From Candidatus Saccharimonadota bacterium (lineage in GTDB: Bacteria; Patescibacteriota; Saccharimonadia; Saccharimonadales; UBA4665), in contig CP023991.1 in assembly GCA_003516025.1 (NCBI GenBank), positions 90,001-122,000 of the forward strand: a DNA stretch of 32,000 nucleotides. Direction: 5' to 3'. Below are positions 8,085 to 16,833 of the stretch, piece after piece; position 1 is the stretch's first letter, and each line of letters starts with the position of its first letter. The notes below the pieces were generated by a model that was not told the origin of the DNA, searched no databases, and saw only the letters and a list, made by a program, of their open reading frames with translations. Position numbers and translations under genes: made by a program.

Positions 8085-9080
8085 ATGCTGCATGACTTAC
8101 CCAAGCCATTTTTCGTGCTGGCGCCCATGGACGACGTCACGGACACCGTATTTCGTCAAATAGTCGCCAGTACTGCCGCGCCCGACTTGTTTTTTACGGA
8201 ATTTGCCAATGTTGACGGTCTGCAAAGCCCTGGCCGCACACGGCTTATGAAAAAAATGAAGCATGCCGAAACCGACCAGCCGCTGGTGGCGCACATATGG
8301 GGCAGAAATCCTGAAAACTTTTATAAAACCGCTCAGCAGGTGGTTAGCGGCGAGCTGGGGAATTTTGTCGGCATTGATCTGAACATGGGTTGTCCGGTGA
8401 AAAACGTTGTTGGCCATGGCGTCTGCAGCGCGCTTATCAAAGACCGTCCGCTGGCGCACGATATTATTCAGGCTACTCAAGATGGGGCAGGCGCTAGAAT
8501 GCCGGTTAGTGTAAAAACCCGGCTTGGCTTCGGTGAAGTTGACCTGACGTGGCATGAATTCCTGCTTAGCCACAACCTGGATATGCTGACCATTCACGGC
8601 CGTACCCGGGCTCAGATGAGCAAAGTTCCAGCCAACTGGGATACAATCGGTGAGATCCGTAAGCTACGCGATAAACTGGCTCCGCAAACGCTTATTGTCG
8701 GCAATGGCGACGTCATGGACCGGGCTCAGGGCGTAGAACTGGCTACCCAGCATGGCCTTGATGGCATTATGATCGGCCGCGGTATTTTTCAGGATCCGTT
8801 CGCGTTCGCGCGTGATAGCGACCAGAGCGGGCAAAGTATATGGGAAACATACAGCCGCCAGCAGCGCATCGCGTTATTCCATCGCCACGTTAGCCTGTTT
8901 AAGGCCACCTGGCAGGAGGGCGAGCGACCTATCCATACGCTTAACAAATTCTGCAAGATATATATCAATGGTTTTGACGGCGCCAAAGAACTGCGTGAAG
9001 AACTCATGGCCAGTACGAGTATCGCCGAAACGCTGGGCATGCTGGATGACCTGCTGAAATCTGAAATGCAGATTAATTAA
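8085..9080 (+). CDS. tRNA-dihydrouridine synthase (Dus family)
   Basis: LAPMDDVTDTVFR, IDLNMGCP (catalytic Cys), TIHGRT and GNGD motifs. Confidence 0.9.
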   Translation: MLHDLPKPFFVLAPMDDVTDTVFRQIVASTAAPDLFFTEFANVDGLQSPGRTRLMKKMKHAETDQPLVAHIWGRNPENFYKTAQQVVSGELGNFVGIDLNMGCPVKNVVGHGVCSALIKDRPLAHDIIQATQDGAGARMPVSVKTRLGFGEVDLTWHEFLLSHNLDMLTIHGRTRAQMSKVPANWDTIGEIRKLRDKLAPQTLIVGNGDVMDRAQGVELATQHGLDGIMIGRGIFQDPFAFARDSDQSGQSIWETYSRQQRIALFHRHVSLFKATWQEGERPIHTLNKFCKIYINGFDGAKELREELMASTSIAETLGMLDDLLKSEMQIN

Positions 9081-9128
9081 ACCTTAAATCAGTTAGCTTT
9101 TGGCCGCAGGCTGACATATACTGGCAGT

Positions 9129-10064
9129 ATGATTGTTGCCCAGAATCTCACTAAACATTACCGCAAGAAAATAGCGGTCGAGGATATATCTTTTAAAGTT
9201 GAAACCGGCAAAGTGACTGGTTTTCTGGGGCCGAACGGCGCCGGTAAGTCCACGACTATGCGTCTAATGCTCGGCCTTGATTCCGGCCAGGGAAAGACGA
9301 CTTTTGATGACAAACCGCTAGCAGCCTACACTCAGCCATCCAAGATTGTCGGCATTTTATTAGAAGCTAAAGCTTTCCACCCGACCCGCTCCGCGCAAAA
9401 CCATTTGGGAATTCTGGCCGCCGCCGGTGGCATCCCGTCTTCACGGGTCCTGGAAGTACTTGACATTGTTGGCCTGGCTGATGTCGCCAAAAAGGGGCCG
9501 GGCAAATTTTCACTTGGTATGGCCCAGCGCCTTGGCATCGCGGCCGCTATTCTTGGCCAGCCAAAGTACCTGCTGCTTGACGAGCCTGCTAACGGACTCG
9601 ACCCTGAAGGCATTGCCTGGCTTCGCAGCTTTATTAAAGATTATGCCGCACAGGGCAACGCCGTGTTCGTCTCCAGCCACTTGTTGAGCGAAATGTCCCA
9701 AATGGCCGACAATATCGTGGTCATCGGTAAAGGTAAGTTAATCGCCAGTACGTCAGTGGCTGACATGCTGGCCGGTAATGGCCATGCCAGCGTAACTGTA
9801 CGTTCCAGTGACTCCGCTAAGCTGGAAGCCGTTCTAAAACAACAGTCGTTCACATACAGCAAACAATCCGGTAGTTTCCAGGTTAACGGAGTAAAAACTG
9901 ATGACATCGGCAAGGCGGCCTTTACGGCAGGTGTGCCGATTCTAGAACTGGCCGGCCATAATACTTCGCTGGAAGAGGCATTCCTGGAGATTACCAGCGG
10001 CGCTCAAGAGTATAAAGCTCATACCGCTCACACCGATAGCAAAGCGAAAAAGGGGAAGTCATGA
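9129..10064 (+). CDS. ABC transporter ATP-binding protein with C-terminal accessory domain
   Basis: Walker A GPNGAGKST, degenerate signature FSLGMAQR, Walker B LLLDEPANGLD. TATACT 9117-9122 lies 6 nt before the ATG. Confidence 0.9.
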   Translation: MIVAQNLTKHYRKKIAVEDISFKVETGKVTGFLGPNGAGKSTTMRLMLGLDSGQGKTTFDDKPLAAYTQPSKIVGILLEAKAFHPTRSAQNHLGILAAAGGIPSSRVLEVLDIVGLADVAKKGPGKFSLGMAQRLGIAAAILGQPKYLLLDEPANGLDPEGIAWLRSFIKDYAAQGNAVFVSSHLLSEMSQMADNIVVIGKGKLIASTSVADMLAGNGHASVTVRSSDSAKLEAVLKQQSFTYSKQSGSFQVNGVKTDDIGKAAFTAGVPILELAGHNTSLEEAFLEITSGAQEYKAHTAHTDSKAKKGKS

Positions 10065-10783
10065 TCGCGCAAATAAAATCTGAATTTAAAAAACTGCTGA
10101 CGATCCGTTCCACCTATGTTTTCCTTCTGTTTTGTCTGGCCGCCGATATTCTGTTCGCCTTCTATGTCGAAGGTTTCCGTGTAACGAATTTCGTAAATGA
10201 TCCAGGCAAACTGGCCGAACAGTCCAGAAGCGCGTTCCAGTCGTTGGGGTTGCTCATTGCGCTTGTCGGCATGCTGCTGATCACGCATGAGTACCGCTAC
10301 AACACCATCATGTACACGATTACCGCGGCCCGTAGCCGCGCGCAGGTATTTTTCGCTAAGTTTATCGTGGTTACAGTATTTACTGTGGTAGCGTCACTGT
10401 TATTCGCCGCCTTGGCGCCTTTACTGACTATAATAGGGTTGCAAATACACGGTACGGATATGGTTGCTCAATCATTCCCGTACCTTGATATATTGTGGCA
10501 TGGTTTGTTATTCAGCTGGGCGTATTCGATTTTTGCCCTTATCGTAGCTTTCATCGTTCGAAGCCAGGTTGGCGCCATAGTTTCTTTCATACTCGTCCCG
10601 GGCATCGGAGAGAGTTTGCTGACATTACTGCTCAAAGACAACTCGAAGTATTTGCCGTTTACATCGCTTAATCAAATATGGATGAAAACCGATACGCAAA
10701 CTACGGTCATCACCGTGCTGGCCTATGCGGTTGTTGGCAGTCTCGTCGCCTTGCTGCTATTCCAGAAGCGCGACGCTAATTAA
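10061..10783 (+). CDS. ABC-2 family transporter permease (6 TM)
   Basis: ATGA start/stop overlap with the ATPase gene and an AAGGGGA SD. Six hydrophobic helices. Confidence 0.8.
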   Translation: MIAQIKSEFKKLLTIRSTYVFLLFCLAADILFAFYVEGFRVTNFVNDPGKLAEQSRSAFQSLGLLIALVGMLLITHEYRYNTIMYTITAARSRAQVFFAKFIVVTVFTVVASLLFAALAPLLTIIGLQIHGTDMVAQSFPYLDILWHGLLFSWAYSIFALIVAFIVRSQVGAIVSFILVPGIGESLLTLLLKDNSKYLPFTSLNQIWMKTDTQTTVITVLAYAVVGSLVALLLFQKRDAN

Positions 10784-10943
10784 CGCTGTTTACGCGTCTT
10801 TTTGACCTTATAGGTCGGCTTAGGTGCTAATTCATAGGACAATGTAAACGTGGATAGTTTTTTCATGTTTTTTGTTTTAGGTTAGTATTCGCATCATACC
10901 ACTAATGGTTTAAAAACTCAAAATGATGGTTTAATTTTACCAG

Positions 10944-11567
10944 TTGGCCGAAGTTAGAGCGCTTTGCAGTACAATAAACCTAATCGTGTACGATTATATT
11001 TACCAGGCCGTTCTCTCCACGAAGTACTTTAGTATCTTTTTCTTTTCGCTGTTTTTTCCGACTGAGACCGTGATGCCAATCGTAGGTTATGCCGCGTCTG
11101 GGCATTCCGTGTCGTTTGTCGGGGCTGTCGTGGCAGCCACGATTGGCTCGACGCTATGGTCAATAATCATTTACACTATCGCCCGGCAGTTCAGCACGCA
11201 AGCGGTATATCGGGCCATTGATAAGTATGGCCGAGTAGCCGGTCTAAGGCGCAATAAGGTTGAACGGGCAGGCAAGTGGTTTGACCGTAATGCTAAAGTG
11301 GCACTCTTTTTCGGCCGCTTTGTGCCGGGTCTGCGAACGGCAATACTCATTCCTGCCGGCCTGCGCCGTACGCCGTGGGGTATTTTTTTGGTATGCACGA
11401 TAGCCGGGAACATCATCGACGCGGTTTTGCTCGGGTATGCCGGATATACGATCAAAAGTAATTACCAGGACTTGGCTTCACAATTGGCCGATTTTTCCAA
11501 TGTAATTGTAATCGTGCTCATTCTGGCGGGATTATTATGGTTTTTACGTTCCCGCCGACAGAACTAA
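10944..11567 (+). CDS. DedA family (SNARE-associated) membrane protein; start uncertain (TTG 10944 or GTG 10986)
   Basis: FFFSLFFPTETVMPIVGYAA ... FFGRFVPGLRTAILIPAG pattern typical of DedA. Confidence 0.8.
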   Translation: MAEVRALCSTINLIVYDYIYQAVLSTKYFSIFFFSLFFPTETVMPIVGYAASGHSVSFVGAVVAATIGSTLWSIIIYTIARQFSTQAVYRAIDKYGRVAGLRRNKVERAGKWFDRNAKVALFFGRFVPGLRTAILIPAGLRRTPWGIFLVCTIAGNIIDAVLLGYAGYTIKSNYQDLASQLADFSNVIVIVLILAGLLWFLRSRRQN

Positions 11568-11687
11568 TGAAATAGCTATGGCAGCATATTCCGACTTCGT
11601 ATGTAAGCGAGTTAACAATTTTATAGTTGGCCAGCCTCATTTCTCTTAAAGTAAGGTTATTGTTGATTAACAGAAAGGCTGCCGACC

Positions 11688-12875
11688 ATGCGAGCGATTC
11701 AATACAAGGACGATAAAGTAATACTGGCTGATGTGCCGAAGCCGGAACTCAAGCAGTCAACCGACGCGATTGTTAAGGTAACCTCTGCCGCAATTTGTGG
11801 CTCAGATTTACATATGTATGAAAACCGGACACCTATGGAAGACGGAAAGGTCATGGGTCATGAAATCATGGGCATTATCGAAGAAGTCGGTGATGGTGTT
11901 AAGCAACTGAAAGTGGGCGACCGCATGGTCCTGCCGTTTAATATTGCCTGCGGTAAGTGCTATAACTGCTTGCGTGGATTTAGCAGTGCCTGCTTATTCT
12001 TAAATCCTGAACATGCCGGCGCGGGTTTTGGTTATGCGGATCAGGGGCCATACGACGGTGGGCAGGCAGAGTACGTACGCGTTCCGGCAGCGGATTACCT
12101 GGCGCTCAAGTTACCTGGCGAAGCCTTTGACGAATACGAAGATGACTTCCTTATGTTGGCTGACATCTTCCCAACCGCCTACCATGCGGCTACGTTGGCT
12201 GGCGTCGCGACTGGTAAATCGGTAGTCATTATTGGTGCCGGTCCGGTTGGACTGCTGTCTGTGACTTGTTCTAAAATCCTCGGTTCAAACGAGATATATA
12301 TCGTTGACCATGTGGAGTCACGGCTTGAAAAGGCCAGGGAACTGGGTGCCATTCCGGTAAATATGGCCGAGGTTGATCCTGTAGAACAAATTAAAACTAT
12401 GCGCAAAAAGAATACGCTGCTTGCCGGCGCGCTGCGGCCAGGCGAAGAAAAACTGCTGGAAGGCGTAGACTGCGGTATAGATGCTGTCGGTTACCAGTCG
12501 CACAGCCAGGATGATATGAGTCAGGAAGACCACATGCAATCGGTTAAGTATCTGGCTGACCTGGTGTTGCCAACCGGCCACATTGGCTTGATCGGCGTCT
12601 ATTTGCCACAGGATCCAGGTGAAACCGGCGACGCCGCCGAAGGCGTGTACCCGTATCCGATCGGAAAAATCTGGAATAAGGGCATTACAGTCGGCGGTAG
12701 CCAGTGCCCGGTAAAAATGTATGACACGGACCTGCGTAACTTAATCATTGCTGGCGGCGCCAACCCGGGAACAATTGTTACCCACCACATTGCCATCGAT
12801 GAGGCCCCGGATATGTACGAGCGTTTCGATAAGCGTGAAGCCGGTATCCACAAAGTTGTCATTCAGTTCAAATAA
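11688..12875 (+). CDS. Zn-dependent alcohol dehydrogenase family, resembling glutathione-independent formaldehyde dehydrogenase
   Basis: CGSDLH, GHEIMG, structural-Zn cluster CGKCYNCLRG, GGQAEYVRVP, Rossmann GAGPVG. Length of about 395 aa is as in FdhA-type enzymes. SD GAAAGG. Confidence 0.8.
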   Translation: MRAIQYKDDKVILADVPKPELKQSTDAIVKVTSAAICGSDLHMYENRTPMEDGKVMGHEIMGIIEEVGDGVKQLKVGDRMVLPFNIACGKCYNCLRGFSSACLFLNPEHAGAGFGYADQGPYDGGQAEYVRVPAADYLALKLPGEAFDEYEDDFLMLADIFPTAYHAATLAGVATGKSVVIIGAGPVGLLSVTCSKILGSNEIYIVDHVESRLEKARELGAIPVNMAEVDPVEQIKTMRKKNTLLAGALRPGEEKLLEGVDCGIDAVGYQSHSQDDMSQEDHMQSVKYLADLVLPTGHIGLIGVYLPQDPGETGDAAEGVYPYPIGKIWNKGITVGGSQCPVKMYDTDLRNLIIAGGANPGTIVTHHIAIDEAPDMYERFDKREAGIHKVVIQFK

Positions 12876-12893
12876 TTTTTAGGAGTATTACCC

Positions 12894-13742
12894 ATGTCAG
12901 AAGTTACAGTCAATAAACGATTACTTGGTCTTAAAAGCGTGCAGGTCCATGTTGCCGATTACGGTGGTGAAGGGCGTCCGGTGGTGCTGATCCATGGATG
13001 GCCACTATCAGGCGAATCCTGGAAAGAGCAGATCGAAGCTTTCAAGAATGCCGGTTACCATGTCATTACCTATGACCGCCGCGGTTTTGGACAAAGCGAT
13101 AAGCCAAAGGCTGGTTATGATTACGATACGTTAGCGGAAGATCTCGCCGGTTTACTCGAAGAACTCGGCCTGCATGACGTCACGCTCGTCGGTTTTTCTA
13201 TGGGCGGCGGTGAAGCTGCCCGATACATTGCTAAGTACGGTGAAGACCGCATCCATAGCGTGGTATTCGCATCATCCGTTACGCCTATGATGATGAATTT
13301 GCCGAACAATCCAGAAGGCCCTTTAGAAAAATCCAAGGCAGCCCAGATGACCGCGGATCTCACTAAGGATCAGGATTCATTCTACGACCAGTTCACTAAA
13401 GAGTTTTTCTCGCCCAATGCCGACGGTAACATTGTTGTCACCGAAGAACAGCGCCAAGAGGCGTTGGCACTATGTAAGCAGGCTGACAAAGCCGCCGCTC
13501 TGGAAGCATTACAGTCATTCGGCATCAGCGACTTTCGTGAAGATCTCACGAAGGTGACGGTACCAACGCTGGTTATCCATGGTGACGCCGACGGCACTGT
13601 ACCGTTTGCCGGTAGCGGCCAGCGCACGCACGCCGCTATCCCACACAGCGAGCTGCATGTTATTACCGGTGGTCCCCACGGCATTAACGTGAGCCATGCT
13701 GAGGAGTTTAACGCTACGCTGGTCGAATTCTTTCAGAAATAA
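12894..13742 (+). CDS. Alpha/beta hydrolase of the non-haem haloperoxidase / perhydrolase / arylesterase type
   Basis: HGWPLSGESW, YDRRGFGQS, nucleophile elbow GFSMGG, HGDADGTVP and GGPHG motifs. AGGAG SD. Confidence 0.85.
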   Translation: MSEVTVNKRLLGLKSVQVHVADYGGEGRPVVLIHGWPLSGESWKEQIEAFKNAGYHVITYDRRGFGQSDKPKAGYDYDTLAEDLAGLLEELGLHDVTLVGFSMGGGEAARYIAKYGEDRIHSVVFASSVTPMMMNLPNNPEGPLEKSKAAQMTADLTKDQDSFYDQFTKEFFSPNADGNIVVTEEQRQEALALCKQADKAAALEALQSFGISDFREDLTKVTVPTLVIHGDADGTVPFAGSGQRTHAAIPHSELHVITGGPHGINVSHAEEFNATLVEFFQK

Positions 13743-13824
13743 GGTGACTAAAGTACATGTATAAAACGCTAATGCTATGTAAATTTGTACTGCTTAAGCT
13801 ACATATAATTGCTAATCTTGAGCC

Positions 13825-14211
13825 ATGACGCAATCCATTTCCGAGCGCCGTATGGCTGAAAATGAAGTAGTTTTCCGGCAGTATAACGAGAACATGCAAA
13901 AAAGCGTGAGTGATCTCAATGATTTGGCCGCTGAAACCGGCCAACATGATCTTGGCTATGCTAGTGACGAACCAATTTACTTTTACTGCGAATGTTCCGA
14001 TGAAAATTGTCGCCGGAGAGTGCGGTTGGAGCCGAGCAAGTATAGTGAAATTCATAAGCACCGCGATCGTTTTGTGATAGTCTGCGGCCATGAGGTATCT
14101 ACTATCGAACTGGTCATCGGCAAAAGCACCAATTTCTGTATCGTTGAAAAATTCCACACACCGCCCCAGCGCGCGACAAAGCTCAATCAGACGAATACCA
14201 AGAACATTTAA
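13825..14211 (+). CDS. Small hypothetical protein with CECSDENC motif (paralogue A)
   Basis: 128-aa ORF. About 40% of aligned positions are identical (by eye) with ORF 16834-17220 (SIxERRxxENExxFRxxNE ... CECSDENC ... KYxxIHxxRDxFxV). Confidence 0.7.
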   Translation: MTQSISERRMAENEVVFRQYNENMQKSVSDLNDLAAETGQHDLGYASDEPIYFYCECSDENCRRRVRLEPSKYSEIHKHRDRFVIVCGHEVSTIELVIGKSTNFCIVEKFHTPPQRATKLNQTNTKNI

Positions 14212-14342
14212 CGATAGTTCAGAATTAAAAAGTGTTTACCGGCACGAGTTAGCATATAACCCGAAGCAGCCAGAGTGTCAATGCTATTGTAAGGCATCAG
14301 TTTGAGGATTCTAATGAAGTTATCGGCGAATTTTAAGTGTGA

Positions 14343-14418
14343 TGGTGGGGGCAGCTGGACTTGAACCAGCGACCAATCGGTTATGAGCCGACTGCTCTAA
14401 CCACTGAGCTATGCCCCC
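14343..14418 (-). tRNA. tRNA with CAT anticodon, elongator type (tRNA-Met; lysidine-modified tRNA-Ile2 not excluded), CCA encoded
   Basis: Manual cloverleaf: GGGGGCA/TGCCCCC acceptor, GCTC/GAGC D-stem, GTCGG-CTCATAA-CCGAT anticodon arm, GCTGG-TTCAAGT-CCAGC T-arm, discriminator A + CCA. G1:C72 and C11:G24 indicate an elongator. Confidence 0.9.
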
Positions 14419-14522
14419 ATGGTTAAATGAGTGGTTAACAGGGTGCATTATAGCAAATAACTGAGCCGCTGGGTAACAGATGACGCTCCAATCCTGTCGA
14501 CGCGCTATAATACATAACGGAT

Positions 14523-14984
14523 ATGCTTGATGATCTCGAAAAATACAAACACCATCCAGTAGTGCAGCAGCTGCAGGACCCTCGTATGCTGGGTCTAGTC
14601 GTATTTGCTGTTATTGTGCTGCTCATGAGCTATAGCGGCGTCAAAATCATCCACACTAACTACCAGCTACAACAGCAGATCGCCCAGCGCAAACAGGAAA
14701 ACGACATCCAGAAGCTCAAAAACGAGAACTTGAAGCTTAAAAATGAGTACTACAATACGCCGCAGTATCTTGAGTTATCGGCCCGGCAGAACTTTGGCCT
14801 GGCCATGCCTGGCGAAAAGGAGCTACTGGTACCAAAAAGCGTTGCTCAAGCGCACATACCGGCCGACGCGCCGACCATTTCTACCGACCAGGAAGCAGCT
14901 ACCACTAAAGACCAGCCATTTTACCAGCGAAACTTCCAGGCGTGGGTGGATTTCTTCCTGCACCGTACGACAGCCGCGGAATAA
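14523..14984 (+). CDS. Septum formation initiator family protein (FtsB/DivIC-like)
   Basis: Single TM helix (LGLVVFAVIVLLMSY) followed by a coiled coil QLQQQIAQRKQENDIQKLKNENLKLKNEY, then YLELSARQNFGLAMPGE. Confidence 0.8.
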   Translation: MLDDLEKYKHHPVVQQLQDPRMLGLVVFAVIVLLMSYSGVKIIHTNYQLQQQIAQRKQENDIQKLKNENLKLKNEYYNTPQYLELSARQNFGLAMPGEKELLVPKSVAQAHIPADAPTISTDQEAATTKDQPFYQRNFQAWVDFFLHRTTAAE

Positions 14985-15044
14985 TTGACATAAACCATCG
15001 TAATTAGTAGAATATATAAGTTCTACCAGATATATATCTGATGT

Positions 15045-15119
15045 CGCGGGATGGAGCAGCGGCAGCTCGCGTGGCTCATAACCACGAGGTCCCAGGTTCG
15101 AGTCCTGGTCCCGCAACCA
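15045..15119 (+). tRNA. Initiator tRNA-fMet (CAT), CCA encoded
   Basis: CGCGGGA...TCCCGCA acceptor with C1xA72 mismatch, A11:U24, anticodon arm CGTGG-CTCATAA-CCACG, T-arm CCAGG-TTCGAGT-CCTGG. Close to the E. coli tRNAfMet layout. Confidence 0.92.
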
Positions 15120-15131
15120 AGCTATACAAAC

Positions 15132-15155
15132 GAGTCCCCTGAGGACTCTTTTTTT
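15132..15155 (+). terminator. Rho-independent terminator after tRNA-fMet
   Basis: GAGTCC-CCTGA-GGACTC followed by T7. Confidence 0.8.
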
Positions 15156-15209
15156 ATGTCCGCTAATCTGCAGATTGCTAATTCAAGCGCATCATCGTAG
15201 CATAGTGCT

Positions 15210-15770
15210 ATGGATGATAAGCTACTCTCACAGATGACCCTAACGATGCAGTTATATCAACAAGCATTCAGTTCAAAAGTGTATGTAACTGAAAATGATG
15301 ACCTTGACTTACTAATGTCTGCTTTTGGGATAACACCGGAATTAAAACGCGAGAACAGACAGTACTGGGGTCGAGAGCTGGGTATGTGCTGGCAACGAAT
15401 CGTAACTCTTGTAGCAGAGAGTCGATGTGCTGATTACAGCCCGCCAATCAAAGTGGGAGCTGATGAACCGATCGATTTATTTATAGGCAATGATGCGATT
15501 GATACAAAATATCGAATTGGCTCTGGCGATAGCGGTACGTTAAAAAAATTCAAAACTTATGGTAAGTGGATACAAGAACAAGGTAAGCAACCGGTAATTT
15601 TGATTATGAGAGAAGATAATCTAAATGCTGCTATCCAGGCATGTAAAGTAGGCGGTTGGTCTGTAAAAATTGGCGATGAATGCTATGACTATATCCAGGA
15701 AAAAACAGGGTTTGATATTAAAGCATTTCTGGCTTCGCAGAAAAACCAATTTACACTAACTCGAGGTTAA
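15210..15770 (+). CDS. Putative type II restriction endonuclease (PD-(D/E)XK-like)
   Basis: 186-aa ORF convergent with, and overlapping by 20 bp, the adjacent DNA methyltransferase. Candidate catalytic motif EPID-x8-DTK. AT-rich like the methylase. Confidence 0.55.
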   Translation: MDDKLLSQMTLTMQLYQQAFSSKVYVTENDDLDLLMSAFGITPELKRENRQYWGRELGMCWQRIVTLVAESRCADYSPPIKVGADEPIDLFIGNDAIDTKYRIGSGDSGTLKKFKTYGKWIQEQGKQPVILIMREDNLNAAIQACKVGGWSVKIGDECYDYIQEKTGFDIKAFLASQKNQFTLTRG

Positions 15771-16683
15771 CTCCGTCGCTGGCATGTTTGATTCTCTCTT
15801 CGCCGATTTTGCAGTAGTCCGTTACGACCTCAAAACCAACAAAATTTATGCCTTTACGTATCGCGGCTACGGCAGTAGTTCCTGAGCCCATAAAAGGATC
15901 AAGCACCATGCGGTTCTTTTCGAGAGGTATAATCAATTCAATTAAGTACTCAATCAAGTTCACGGGTTTGACGGTACAATGAACGTTAAAATCCTGTTTA
16001 GGTTCTCTTTTGAAATTCTCTATAACATTAGATAAAAAGTTTGTTTCAGTTTCAGCTTTCATTAACCCAACACCGAATTGTTGAATGGTAGTAGCGTAAT
16101 TATTAATTAAAGGTTTTTGAAGTACGACAATACCTTCCCATTCATTTCGCAGGGCGCTGTGCCAGCCTACCCATTCACTTCCATCAAGACCATCTTTCTC
16201 TAACTTCTTTGCGTAATTGAGACCTTTTGGAATACCTGAGTTTTTGCGCCAAACGACTATATCCCGCGCAAAAAAACCTGCTTTTTCCAAGGCAACCTGC
16301 ACATGCGCAACCGTACGAGAGCTATTAAATACCATTATAAAGGCACCCGGCTTTAAGACCCTGTATGCTTCAATTGCCCATACCTCCATCCATTCCTGAT
16401 AATTGTCCAGATTCTCCTGATATTTTTTATACCAACCCGGATTTCTTACTCCGCCCGCAAGCCCGCTTCCGTAGGGTATGTTCTTCACGAGTACATTACT
16501 GGATGATTTGGCTTTCTCTAATCGTCTGGTAACCTCTGCGGCATCCCACTTATGTCCCACGAATTCATAATTGTATGGCGGGTCGGTAATGCACCCGTCA
16601 ACTGAATTATCGGGTAATTTCTTAAGTCCGCTAACGCAGTCTTCGTTAATAATCTTGTTCGTATATTCACCCATTAGATTCAT
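15751..16683 (-). CDS. DNA methyltransferase, beta-class N6-adenine/N4-cytosine (N6_N4_Mtase type)
   Basis: Motif IV CITDPPYNY lies near the N-terminus and motif I VLDPFMGSGTTAVAA near the C-terminus (IV-before-I order means beta class). An alternative leaderless start exists at ATG 16674. Confidence 0.9.
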   Translation of the reverse strand: MNLMGEYTNKIINEDCVSGLKKLPDNSVDGCITDPPYNYEFVGHKWDAAEVTRRLEKAKSSSNVLVKNIPYGSGLAGGVRNPGWYKKYQENLDNYQEWMEVWAIEAYRVLKPGAFIMVFNSSRTVAHVQVALEKAGFFARDIVVWRKNSGIPKGLNYAKKLEKDGLDGSEWVGWHSALRNEWEGIVVLQKPLINNYATTIQQFGVGLMKAETETNFLSNVIENFKREPKQDFNVHCTVKPVNLIEYLIELIIPLEKNRMVLDPFMGSGTTAVAAIRKGINFVGFEVVTDYCKIGEERIKHASDGVNLELV

Positions 16684-16833
16684 TATATCTTGCGGCCGCT
16701 CTCCGGTACATTTATTTCAATGAGGTTTTGCAGCTCAAAGATTATAGAGGTCATTTTTTATTTAAGATGTTTGCCGCACCTTTATGTATGAGATAGAACA
16801 GACAAGTGCGCTATGCTGTGCTTAGATGGTGGT

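Noticed and set aside
7369-8146. Minus-strand ORFs 7369-7812 (147 aa) and 7817-8146 (109 aa)
   Set aside because: They overlap the permease 3' end and the dus 5' end respectively. They have no promoter or SD and give Arg/Cys-rich products. They probably reflect local high GC.
10780-10866. 28-codon minus-strand ORF (MKKLSTFTLSYELAPKPTYKVKKTRKQR) in the gap before dedA
   Set aside because: It has no SD and no convincing -10 at leaderless distance, and its stop overlaps the permease stop. There is too little evidence to call it.
10905-10934. 9-bp direct repeat ATGGTTTAA at 10905-10913 and 10926-10934 (21-bp spacing) upstream of dedA
   Set aside because: It could be a regulator site. However, it is a short AT-rich repeat in an AT-rich gap, and no cognate regulator gene is adjacent.
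14343-14418. Assigning the elongator CAT tRNA specifically as tRNA-Ile2 (lysidine)
   Set aside because: Met and Ile2 cannot be distinguished from sequence by eye. It is kept as tRNA-Met(CAT) with this caveat.
15027-15040. 14-bp palindrome CAGATATATATCTG upstream of tRNA-fMet
   Set aside because: It most simply explains itself as the AT-rich -10 region of the tRNA promoter. ATATAT ends 7 nt before the mature 5' end. There is no second copy or partner element.
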